The position numbers were made by a program, and so were the translations under genes. Under the pieces are notes generated by a model. The model saw nothing but the letters and a program-made list of their open reading frames with translations, ran no database searches and was not told where the DNA came from. A stretch of 64,000 bases of DNA from Candidatus Sulfotelmatobacter sp. (GTDB taxonomy: Bacteria; Acidobacteriota; Terriglobia; Terriglobales; Acidobacteriaceae), in NCBI GenBank assembly GCA_035651855.1, contig DASREX010000060.1, positions 14,528 to 78,527 on the forward strand. Direction: 5' to 3'. This document shows, one piece after another, positions 28,052 through 36,388 of this stretch. Numbering within the stretch: position 1 is the first letter of the stretch; each line of letters starts with the position of its first letter.

Positions 28052-29355
28052 TCGGAATTGGCCGCCTCTTCGCGGTCGATGGTGACAGTCAGGAAGTGGG
28101 TGGCGCAAGAGATGCACGGATCATAGTTGCGAATCGCCTGCTCGCATTTCCAGGTTGCTTCCTGCTGCGGCCATGCAACCAGTTGAGCGGCGTACTCGCG
28201 CAAATCGTCTTCGATTCTCTTCTGATTCTGCGACGTCGGTGGAACAATTTTCGCGCTCAGGATAAGGCCGTGATCGTCGACCGCATAGCGGTGATACAAG
28301 ATTCCGCGCGGCGCTTCGGTGATGGCGTGCCCGATGCCGGCACGCGTCGGCGCCTCCACCTTGGCCAGCGCCGGAGGCTCGTATTCGCGAATCATGCGTA
28401 ACGCCTCGGCACACGCGAAAACCAGCTCGACCGACCTGACGACAATACTGCGGAATGGGTTCTTCACCGGAAGCTTCAGCCCGGCCCTCATCGCCGACTC
28501 CCGCGCCACCGCCGGCAGCTTCTCAAAGTTGAGATTGAACCTGGCCAGCGGACCCACGAGATACGAACCGCGCCCGCGGAGGACTGACTGCAGCGCGTTC
28601 GAGTGCTTTACGTGCACCTCGCTGAAGTGATCTTCGTACTCGGAGGCATCGATATTCAGCCCGCGGTTGGAAACCAGACGTCCCTCGTTCAGCGGGTATT
28701 CATCGGGATAACTCAGCGCTACAAATTCATAATCCTGTTCAAAGTTGGGAAATTCGAGGCCGGCTGTCCAATCTACCGTCTCCAACGAGGCTTGCAGCCC
28801 CCATTCCAGGTCAGCCACGAGTTCTTTCAGCTGGGTTTTCGTTGGAGTCCGGTGAAAGCCGCCGACTGCCATCGAGATAGGATGAATCTCCCGGCCGCCG
28901 AGCAGGGTCATGATCCGATTGCCGATCTTCTTCAGCCGGAGGGCCTTCTCGACCAGTTCGCGATGATCGGCCGCCATCGTGATGGCGTCCTCGTATCCGA
29001 GGAAGTCCGGCGCGTGCAGCATGTAAACGTGCAAGGCGTGGCTCTCGATCCATTCCGCGCAATAAAAGAGCCGCCGCAGCAGGCGCGCGGACGGATCGGG
29101 CCGGACTTCCAGGGCGCGCTCCAGGGCGTGCACCGCGCTCATCTGGTAGGCGATCGGACAAATTCCGCAGATGCGCGCCGTGATATCGGGCGCCTCGGAA
29201 TAATGCCGCCCGCGCAGGAAGGCCTCAAAAAATCGCGGCGGCTCGTAAATCTTCAGCTTCACGTCGGCCACCCGCTCGCCCGTCATCTTGATGTACAGCG
29301 AGCCTTCGCCTTCCACCCGGGCCAGCGTGTCCACGCGAATGGTGCGGGTTTTCAT
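28048..29355 (-). CDS. hyhL: [NiFe] hydrogenase large (alpha) subunit, group 3b-like (NAD(P)-coupled bidirectional/sulfhydrogenase type)
   Basis: N-terminal RVEGEG and [11 protein letters not shown]-terminal DPCISCATH followed by a 15-aa cleavable tail. About 435 aa, as in group 3 enzymes. The gene order B-G-S-L matches group 3b. Confidence 0.92.
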   Translation of the reverse strand: MKTRTIRVDTLARVEGEGSLYIKMTGERVADVKLKIYEPPRFFEAFLRGRHYSEAPDITARICGICPIAYQMSAVHALERALEVRPDPSARLLRRLFYCAEWIESHALHVYMLHAPDFLGYEDAITMAADHRELVEKALRLKKIGNRIMTLLGGREIHPISMAVGGFHRTPTKTQLKELVADLEWGLQASLETVDWTAGLEFPNFEQDYEFVALSYPDEYPLNEGRLVSNRGLNIDASEYEDHFSEVHVKHSNALQSVLRGRGSYLVGPLARFNLNFEKLPAVARESAMRAGLKLPVKNPFRSIVVRSVELVFACAEALRMIREYEPPALAKVEAPTRAGIGHAITEAPRGILYHRYAVDDHGLILSAKIVPPTSQNQKRIEDDLREYAAQLVAWPQQEATWKCEQAIRNYDPCISCATHFLTVTIDREEAANSE

Positions 29356-30146
29356 TGCCGTTCACACTCCTCGCTTGCCTTGCGGAACTGCCATGCCCAG
29401 GCGTTGAATCCGCGGAACGCGCGCACGGATTGATCGGGGGGCAATCCTAGATACTGAAAATGATTCGCCAGCGAGGAGGCATTCGCGCTTTCCATGGGAC
29501 CGAAGCAGCCGTAACACCCGCGGTCATAGGACGGGCACAGCGCGCCGCAGCCGGCCTGCGTTACCGGCCCCATGCAGGGGACATCCCGGGTGACGGCAAT
29601 GCAGACATTTGCCTTGCGCTTGCATTCGATGCAAACACTGTGGGTCGGAATGTTGGGCTTGCGCCCGGCGAGCGTAGCCGAGATCAACTCGATGAGTTGC
29701 AGCTTGTTGATGGGACATCCACGCAACTCGAAATCCACCGGCACATGCTCGGCAACCGGCGTGGACAGCTTCAGCGTGCTGATGAATTGGGGCGAGGCGT
29801 ACACTACGCGGATGAATTCATCCACGTCCTTCCAATTCCGCAAGGCCTGGATGCCGCCGGCAGTAGCGCAGGCGCCCAGCGTGATCAGCGTCTTGCACTC
29901 GCGCCGCACTTCCTGAATACGCTGCGCATCCGCGTGGGTTGTGATGGACCCCTCGACCAGCCCGATGTCGTAGGGCCCTTTTCGCATGATGCGGGACGCT
30001 TCGGGAAAATATGCGATCTCGACGGCGTTGACCACGTCGAGCAACTCATCCTCGGCGTCTAACAGGCTTAGCTGGCAGCCGTCGCAGGAGGCGAATTTGA
30101 ATATTGCAATGCGCGGCTTGCTTTTCGACTTTTTCTTAGAGCTCAT
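29352..30146 (-). CDS. hyhS: [NiFe] hydrogenase small (delta) subunit, NuoB-like Fe-S protein
   Basis: ORF trimmed to the ATG at 30146 ([30 protein letters not shown]..). Cys-rich C-terminus. ATGA overlap with hyhL. Confidence 0.9.
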   Translation of the reverse strand: MSSKKKSKSKPRIAIFKFASCDGCQLSLLDAEDELLDVVNAVEIAYFPEASRIMRKGPYDIGLVEGSITTHADAQRIQEVRRECKTLITLGACATAGGIQALRNWKDVDEFIRVVYASPQFISTLKLSTPVAEHVPVDFELRGCPINKLQLIELISATLAGRKPNIPTHSVCIECKRKANVCIAVTRDVPCMGPVTQAGCGALCPSYDRGCYGCFGPMESANASSLANHFQYLGLPPDQSVRAFRGFNAWAWQFRKASEECERQ

Positions 30147-30999
30147 ATTTGTCCAGCAGCGGCCGGATTTTCTGGTACGGGAACACCGGACCGTCTTTGC
30201 AGATGAAGTGAGCCCCGTACTGGCAGTGCCCGCAGAAGCCCTCGCCACACTTCATATTGCGTTCCATGGATACGTAAATGTCATCGCGATTGAGGCCTAG
30301 CGTCTCCAGTTCACGGGTGACGAACCGCATCATGATCTCCGGGCCGCAGATCATCGCAATGGAGCGCGAGGGATGCAGCCGTGCATAACGGAACAGGGTG
30401 GTCACGACACCCACGTGCCCGTGCCAGCTCAAACCTCCGTAGTCCACGGTCGTAAGCACCTGGGTCTCGCGCTGCCGGGCCCATGCCGACAATTCCTTGC
30501 GATAGATCACATCGCGCGGGCTGCGGGCGCCGTACAAGATCACCAGCCGCCCGTACTGCTCGCGATTGCCCAGAACTTCGTAAATGACCGGCCGCAAGGG
30601 CGCCAGCCCGATCCCTCCGGCGACAATGACGACGTCGCGGCCGCGCGCGGTTTCCATTGGCCAGCCCACGCCAAAAGGCCCGCGCACGCCAACCTGATCG
30701 CCGGCGCCGCGGCTTACCAGCGCATGGGTCGCTTTGCCCACCGAGCGCACCGTGTATACCAACTTGTTGGGCTCGCTGGCATCGCCGCTGATCGAGATGG
30801 GCAACTCTCCCACGCCGAATACCCAAAGCATGCTGAACTGTCCCGGACGGAAAGGAATGGGCTTCACACTTCCTTCCGGATGGAGCGTGAGCGAGAACGT
30901 GTCCGGCGTGTCCTGATCGACGCGCTTCACCACGTAAGGCTCGGGCAGCCTGGGATCCTGAGCCGGCGAAATAGTGTCTATCGCAGCCATTGCGGTCAC
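30136..30999 (-). CDS. hyhG: Hydrogenase gamma subunit: FAD/NAD(P)-binding oxidoreductase with C-terminal [2Fe-2S] site
   Basis: Ferredoxin-NADP-reductase-like fold ([32 protein letters not shown]) and C-terminal [10 protein letters not shown] motif. Confidence 0.88.
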   Translation of the reverse strand: MTAMAAIDTISPAQDPRLPEPYVVKRVDQDTPDTFSLTLHPEGSVKPIPFRPGQFSMLWVFGVGELPISISGDASEPNKLVYTVRSVGKATHALVSRGAGDQVGVRGPFGVGWPMETARGRDVVIVAGGIGLAPLRPVIYEVLGNREQYGRLVILYGARSPRDVIYRKELSAWARQRETQVLTTVDYGGLSWHGHVGVVTTLFRYARLHPSRSIAMICGPEIMMRFVTRELETLGLNRDDIYVSMERNMKCGEGFCGHCQYGAHFICKDGPVFPYQKIRPLLDKYEL

Positions 31000-31454
31000 C
31001 GTGCCGCGTACACATCGAGCAATTGAAAGCGGGTCGCGTGCAGGCGCCGCACCATGATCTGCGCGAACCGCTTCAGGAATTCGTAACCCAGATCATGATT
31101 CTGCTCGCATTTTCCGCGAAGGCATTTCCCGTCCAGCGCGATGGCCCTCGTCTCCTGCAGCGCGCGTGCGTGAAAGTTGCAGACGTAGGGCGGCACCAGC
31201 CAGGACCAGCCCAGCACGTCGCCTTCTTCCAGTGTCTCCACCGTAATGGGGCTGCTTCGCCCGGTCAGGGTTTCCAGCGCAATCTTGCCGGAGCGAAGCA
31301 GGTAGAAATGGTTGGCTTCCTGCCCTTCCCGGAAAATGTAGGTGCCGGGGCTGAACCGCACGTTGGAGGCGCACCCGGTCAGCAACGCCGTGTAAGCCGG
31401 CTCGAGATCAGCAAAGAATGGATGTTCCGCAATAATGCGTTCAAGGGTTTCCAT
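30996..31454 (-). CDS. Stand-alone cyclic-nucleotide-binding-like (CAP effector fold) domain protein, no DNA-binding domain
   Basis: ORF trimmed to the ATG at 31454 (METLERIIAEHPFFADLEP..YIFREGQEANHFYLLRSGKIALE..GDVLGWSWLVPP..). About 152 aa. It overlaps the hyhB stop by 14 nt and has an ATGA overlap with the hyhG start. Confidence 0.8.
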   Translation of the reverse strand: METLERIIAEHPFFADLEPAYTALLTGCASNVRFSPGTYIFREGQEANHFYLLRSGKIALETLTGRSSPITVETLEEGDVLGWSWLVPPYVCNFHARALQETRAIALDGKCLRGKCEQNHDLGYEFLKRFAQIMVRRLHATRFQLLDVYAAR

Positions 31455-32589
31455 GGGAGTTCCCTTCCCTGAGAGTTCGGATGGATTCGGTAACGTCGAT
31501 GCCCACCGGGCACCACGTGATACACCGGCCGCAGCCCACGCATCCCAGGCTTCCAAACTGATCGATCCATGTGGAGAATTTGTGAGTCAGCCATTGCCGG
31601 TAACGGGCGTGCGTGGATGAGCGAATGCTGCCGCCGTGGATGTAAGAAAAGCTCAGGGTGAAACAGGAATCCCAGCGGCGCCAGCGTTCCGCATGGGTTC
31701 CCGCCAGGTTGCTCGAGTCTTCCACCGTAGTGCAGAAACATGTGGGACAGACCATTGTGCAGTTGCCGCAGGTCAGGCATCGAGCCGCCAACTTCTGCCA
31801 TCCCTCATGGTCAAAATTGTCCTCGAGGAATTTCTTCAATCCCTCGGTTTGTACGGCGCGCTTCTGAGAACGGGCGGCTGCCTCGACCAGATCTGCTTCG
31901 AGACGCTGCTGCTCGTCCGTGGCCGCGGTGGTGTCCAGTTCCGACAGAAGTTCGACCCCGCGTTTGCTTCCGGTTCGAACCACAAAGCAATGGCCGCGCG
32001 CGTCCGTCATTTCGGTCAGGCACAAATCGAATCCGCCGGCGGCGCGGGGGCCGGTCTGAAGCGACGCGCAGAAGCACGTTTCCGCGCTTTTCGTGCACTG
32101 CACAGCCACGATGAACGCGTTCTCGCGGCGGCTGGCGTAGGGAGGATTCCGGTACTGATCGCCCATCATGACGCGGTCTTGCTTTGCAATCGCCGCCAGG
32201 TCACAGGCGCGCACGCCGAACAGCGCAAACGGACGCCCAGGCTCCCCGGCATTGTTCAGAATGCGGAAGTCTCCATTCTGCTTCTGGGCGGACCACAGCA
32301 TGAGTTCAGCCGGATGCAGGTACTTCTTCCAGCTGTCAGGCCCTACCGCATAGCCGAAGAAGGCGCGGTCCTCGCGGGATTTCAGGCGGTAGTGCCCGGC
32401 AGTCTGCTCATCGGTCCAGCCCGCCGGCAGTTGTTCCGGACTTTGAATGTGGTCCAGAACAATGGCGCCATCGCGGACCGTTGGGCCAATTACGTCATAG
32501 CCATGACGTGAAAGAGTTTCGAGCAAAGTGGGCAGGAGGCGTGCCTCTAAGACTTGCGGTGCATCGTTTTTTTGCTTCAACCGCGCCAT
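31441..32589 (-). CDS. hyhB: Hydrogenase beta subunit: 4Fe-4S dicluster protein (sulfite-reductase AsrA-like)
   Basis: CLTCGNCTMVCPTCFC and CVGCGRCITWCPVGID ferredoxin motifs. About 380 aa. First gene of the operon, with an AAGGCAGG SD-like element upstream. Confidence 0.85.
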   Translation of the reverse strand: MARLKQKNDAPQVLEARLLPTLLETLSRHGYDVIGPTVRDGAIVLDHIQSPEQLPAGWTDEQTAGHYRLKSREDRAFFGYAVGPDSWKKYLHPAELMLWSAQKQNGDFRILNNAGEPGRPFALFGVRACDLAAIAKQDRVMMGDQYRNPPYASRRENAFIVAVQCTKSAETCFCASLQTGPRAAGGFDLCLTEMTDARGHCFVVRTGSKRGVELLSELDTTAATDEQQRLEADLVEAAARSQKRAVQTEGLKKFLEDNFDHEGWQKLAARCLTCGNCTMVCPTCFCTTVEDSSNLAGTHAERWRRWDSCFTLSFSYIHGGSIRSSTHARYRQWLTHKFSTWIDQFGSLGCVGCGRCITWCPVGIDVTESIRTLREGNSHGNP

Positions 32590-32893
32590 ACTTGCCTGCC
32601 TTCGACCCTTTTTTGGGGGGGCGCACGGAAACGCCCAGTCCCAGCCTCAGCGGCCTGATTCCGGCCGCCCTCAGATCACAAAGATCTCGTAACCCAACGT
32701 TTCATTGTGACGGGTGGGGTATGTTTCGGCTGTGACCGCAATCACTCGCTCAGAAAAGTGTTCCCGCTTCGGAACTGCCTTGATGATGAACAATGGAAAG
32801 GGTTTGCGCCGATTGCGTGAAGGAAGGCGCAGAACACGCGGCATGTACGTTGCGGGCCGGGCTTTGAACGGCAGGCTGACGTCCCGCAGGGAC

Positions 32894-34141
32894 TCAGGAC
32901 ACAGTGATCCTGCGCTCCTCCTCCAGTTCCGCCATTTCGCCCTGGCAAGCGCTTATCTCTGCCAGTGGGCAATTGGGCGAGAGATAGCTCAGCTTGCGCT
33001 GCATGATTTGCGGGGAATACTTGCCCAGATAGTGGGAGATGGTCTCGACTCGAATCTTGATTCCTCCGGAGGGTTTGGTGGAGTCGAGATCGCCGAACTT
33101 GAAGTACAGGGTTCCGGTGGCCTCAACGATCTTTTGCGACGGAGTGTAGGTGGGCTGATCCATGCCGCACTCGTAGCTGGAGAGTCGTACCACGCAGGTG
33201 ATCCACGGGCAGCGCGCCGCGACCTTGGCTCCCCACATGATCTCGTTGGTATTGCTGCTGTACGACGAGGTCCACACATCGGCAATATCAAACGGACTCC
33301 TGATCCGGCCAGCTTTCAGGTCCGCCTCGAACAGCCAGTTCATGAGATCGAGATCGGTTGGCAGATATTGCAGCCAGAGAATCGGATAACCACAGGCCTG
33401 GATCTCAGCTTCGATCTCGTGGCCAATTCCCGTATCCATGTGATAGGGGCGCGCCAGCACCAGCACGCAAGGCTTCTCATTCCGGGCGCACCACGTCAGG
33501 ATCTCGCGCCCTTGCCGCCGGATGCGCTCGGTCACGTCGTCGAGCGCGCCAAAGCCCCTGTCCACCGCGCGCGCGGTCTCCTCCGGATCCAGATCGAATA
33601 CATCCTTCAGCGATGAGTAAAGTTGCTCGGTCACCATGTGCCGGTCGCCCAGGCTGACGAAGGGCGACGCATAGACGACGTTATTCTCGGCGAAAATATC
33701 GCGCTCTTTCAGGAATCCCGCCTTGATGTTCTCCGGGCCCGCCATTACCCGCGTGCACGTCACCGTATCCACGACATGCCCGTAGAGCGGCGAGGGCAGC
33801 GAATGAATCATCGGGCTCAGAAGAATGTTGATCTTCTTCTTCTGCCCGAATATCAGCTCTCCGTAATGCCCGCTCATGCACTTCACCGGGTAGCAGCAGT
33901 CCACCGTGCCGCGTCCTTTGCCGAACTCGCGCCCCTGTTCTTCGGACGTGTCGGAACTGAAGATCATGTTCTCCGACGACACTCCCAGTTCCTTCAGGAA
34001 GCCCACCCAGAACTGGTGGGTCGTCCAGATGTTGAGCACCTTGGGGATGCCCACGCGCAGGTTCGACCGGTCTTTGCGCCTGCCCTTAGTTGCGGCGGAA
34101 GCCTTCTTGCCGAACCATGTCTGCAATGTTGGGAAAGGCAT
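32894..34141 (-). CDS. Acyl-CoA dehydratase activase-related protein (DUF2229 / HgdB-BcrC-like component)
   Basis: ..LRVGIPKVLNIWTTHQFWVGFLKELG.., VDCCYPVKCMSGHYG, SSYECGMDQP. The tracked start overlaps the upstream gene by 56 nt, so an alternative internal start is possible. Confidence 0.75.
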   Translation of the reverse strand: MPFPTLQTWFGKKASAATKGRRKDRSNLRVGIPKVLNIWTTHQFWVGFLKELGVSSENMIFSSDTSEEQGREFGKGRGTVDCCYPVKCMSGHYGELIFGQKKKINILLSPMIHSLPSPLYGHVVDTVTCTRVMAGPENIKAGFLKERDIFAENNVVYASPFVSLGDRHMVTEQLYSSLKDVFDLDPEETARAVDRGFGALDDVTERIRRQGREILTWCARNEKPCVLVLARPYHMDTGIGHEIEAEIQACGYPILWLQYLPTDLDLMNWLFEADLKAGRIRSPFDIADVWTSSYSSNTNEIMWGAKVAARCPWITCVVRLSSYECGMDQPTYTPSQKIVEATGTLYFKFGDLDSTKPSGGIKIRVETISHYLGKYSPQIMQRKLSYLSPNCPLAEISACQGEMAELEEERRITVS

Positions 34142-36359
34142 TCTTCGTTTTCTCGATTCCGGCCTTGATGACCTTCATTTCGTTCAAGTCTTCGACCAGT
34201 CCCTTGGGGCAGGAGTTGTTCACAATGACTCGCTCCCATCCGGTGGCGAGCGGGACTTTGCTCCAGGGACGTCCTTTGCCCTCGAGCAGTTCCACGTCGA
34301 TGAAGCTGCGCTGGCAATTGACCGGGCACCAGTGGCAAACCGTATCCACCGATGTAGCCGTCTTGTAAGTCAGCTTCTCGATTGCGTCGAAGCCGCGAAA
34401 GAGCGTTTTGCCGCCGTTTTTCCACCAGTCGAGAGCCACCAGTCCCGCCCCGATGGCCCCGGCTTCTCCCGAATAGGGATGAACCACGACTTCGGCATCC
34501 GGAACTTTGTTGAGAATGAAATCCACCTGGGTCTTGACCACCGCCAGATTGCGGTGCGTGCCGCCCTGCAGGATATATTTCCGCCCCACTTGCTGCAGGT
34601 TGTTCATGCCTCCGGCATAGATCCATACATTGAGCGGCAGGATCGCGCACAGGCCGGCCAGAATTTCTTCTGCCTGCCAGCCCTTGCGCTGTTGATTCAC
34701 GATGTCGCTCTGCAGGAACACACCGCATCCCATCGAGAGCTGCGGCATGGCCTTCGCCTGGAAAGCGCCGTCGGCCATATCCCCCATGGGAATGTTGAAT
34801 CGCTCGGCGACTCCCTGTAGAAACGCGCCGTTGCCGGAGGAGCATTGCGAATTCAGCCGGAAATCGGTGACCGCGCCGTTGTTTAGGATCATGATCTTCA
34901 CATCCACGCCGCCAACATCGCAGATGCAGTCCGCGTCGGGAAAGAAGTGAAGCCCGGCGGAGGCGTGGGCGATAGTCTCGACCACCGGGCAGTCCGCGCC
35001 CAGGATGCCCTTCAGCAGGTCCTTGCCATAGCCGGTCAGGGCGAGCGCCAGGATGTCCTGATCGCTCACCACATTCCGGACCTGGCGGAACAGCGACTTG
35101 GCATCTTCGATGGGATTGCCTTTGCTCAGGGCATAGCACGAGAACAGGAGTTCCTTGTCGGGCGACATGCACACGGCCTTTGCCGTGGTCGATCCGAAGT
35201 CGCAGCCTAAGACAACCGGTCCCAGGGTCTTGCCGGTGGCCGCAGCCTGCGCAGCCGGAGTTGCGCTCTTCTGCCGTTCGTATTTCGCTTTGAAGTTGGA
35301 AAGGTCCGCCTCGTCCCGGCAAAGACCGCCGCGCCCCATCTTTTTCTTCTCTTCATACTGGCCTTCTTCGATCCAGTACTTGAGCCTCTCGTAACCCGTA
35401 TACAGTCCGGTGGCGGCATTTTCGCGCAGGGCGACTTCCACGCATCCCAGCGCCGCATAGTAAAGCGCGTTATCTGGAACACGAATGAGAGTGGAAACGT
35501 CGCGCTCATCCGAGATGGGAACCTTGCGCTCCTTCCATACTTTTCCCAGGTGATAGCGCCAGGCCTCCTGCAGGCCTTTAAAGAACAGATTGGGTCCGCC
35601 CAGCAGCAGGATCTCCGGCATCGGGGTGTTGCCACGCGTGAGCGTCGCCAGGTTTTGATAGACCACCGCCTCGAATAACGACGCGATGATCTCCTCGACC
35701 GGAACGCCCGCTTTCAGCAACGTGTTGGCGTCGGCTTCGGCGAAGATGCCGCACTTGCTGCTGACTTTGTGCAGGGGATAGCCGGAGTAGCCCATGCGGG
35801 AAAGAGTCTCGGGCGGAATCTCCAGCTTACGGGCGGTTTTCTCAATGAAGGTCCCGGTTCCACCCGAGCAGGCGCTCTGCATCAATACCTGCTTGCTGCG
35901 CGCGGCGCCTTCCCCGTTAAAGAAGATAGTCTTCATGTCCTCGCCGCCGATTTCGCTGACGAAGCGGACATTGGGATGAAGCTTGTCGACCGCGGCCGCG
36001 ACGGCCACTACTTCCTGCACCACCTTGCCGCCGACCAGCGGCGCAATAATGCCCGCCCCGGAGCCGGTAAAAAAGACGCGGTCCCGCCCCGGCGTGAAAC
36101 CATGATTCGACTCCATCATGGTGAGGAAATGCAGGATTTTCTCCGCCTGGCGGGTGTTATGGCGCTCGTAGGCCTGCGCCAGGACGTCGCCTCGGGGGCC
36201 AGCCAGAACGTACTTGCAGGTGGTGCTGCCGACGTCCAGCCCGCACAACAGGCTCTCCCCTTCGAATACCCGGGGAGAGGCTACGGGAGCCATTGCCGCC
36301 GGCTCCCGCGTTATGCCCTGAATCTGCACTAATCCGTCTGCCATGAACTCTGCCCTCAC
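34086..36359 (-). CDS. Double BcrAD/BadFG-type ATPase (CoA-substrate-specific enzyme activase, archerase-type electron activator)
   Basis: Two ASKHA ATPase modules (GLDVGSTTCKYVL; GCDFGSTTAKAVC). Each has a cluster-helix Cys motif (SACSGGTGTFIE; SQCSSGNGAFLQG) and a second Cys (KCGIFAEAD; GCGVFLQSD). C-terminal CHWCPVNC..NSCPKG patch. Confidence 0.88.
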   Translation of the reverse strand: MRAEFMADGLVQIQGITREPAAMAPVASPRVFEGESLLCGLDVGSTTCKYVLAGPRGDVLAQAYERHNTRQAEKILHFLTMMESNHGFTPGRDRVFFTGSGAGIIAPLVGGKVVQEVVAVAAAVDKLHPNVRFVSEIGGEDMKTIFFNGEGAARSKQVLMQSACSGGTGTFIEKTARKLEIPPETLSRMGYSGYPLHKVSSKCGIFAEADANTLLKAGVPVEEIIASLFEAVVYQNLATLTRGNTPMPEILLLGGPNLFFKGLQEAWRYHLGKVWKERKVPISDERDVSTLIRVPDNALYYAALGCVEVALRENAATGLYTGYERLKYWIEEGQYEEKKKMGRGGLCRDEADLSNFKAKYERQKSATPAAQAAATGKTLGPVVLGCDFGSTTAKAVCMSPDKELLFSCYALSKGNPIEDAKSLFRQVRNVVSDQDILALALTGYGKDLLKGILGADCPVVETIAHASAGLHFFPDADCICDVGGVDVKIMILNNGAVTDFRLNSQCSSGNGAFLQGVAERFNIPMGDMADGAFQAKAMPQLSMGCGVFLQSDIVNQQRKGWQAEEILAGLCAILPLNVWIYAGGMNNLQQVGRKYILQGGTHRNLAVVKTQVDFILNKVPDAEVVVHPYSGEAGAIGAGLVALDWWKNGGKTLFRGFDAIEKLTYKTATSVDTVCHWCPVNCQRSFIDVELLEGKGRPWSKVPLATGWERVIVNNSCPKGLVEDLNEMKVIKAGIEKTKNAFPNIADMVRQEGFRRN

Positions 36360-36388
36360 TCAATGCGGTATTCGGTTCATGTTTCCGC

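Noticed and set aside
32660-32710. CRP/FNR-like half-sites (TCACA ... TGTGA) upstream of the hydrogenase operon, possibly connected to the cNMP-domain protein.
   Set aside because: The half-sites are in the wrong relative order and about 34 nt apart, not TGTGA-N6-TCACA. The cNMP-domain protein also has no DNA-binding domain.
34086-34141. The 56-nt overlap between the double-ATPase gene and the downstream DUF2229 gene, as a possible frameshift or fusion site.
   Set aside because: The two reading frames differ and both proteins look complete. The ATPase ends after its Cys patch, and the DUF2229 protein begins before its conserved LRVGIP motif. An unlisted internal GTG/TTG start could also shorten the overlap.
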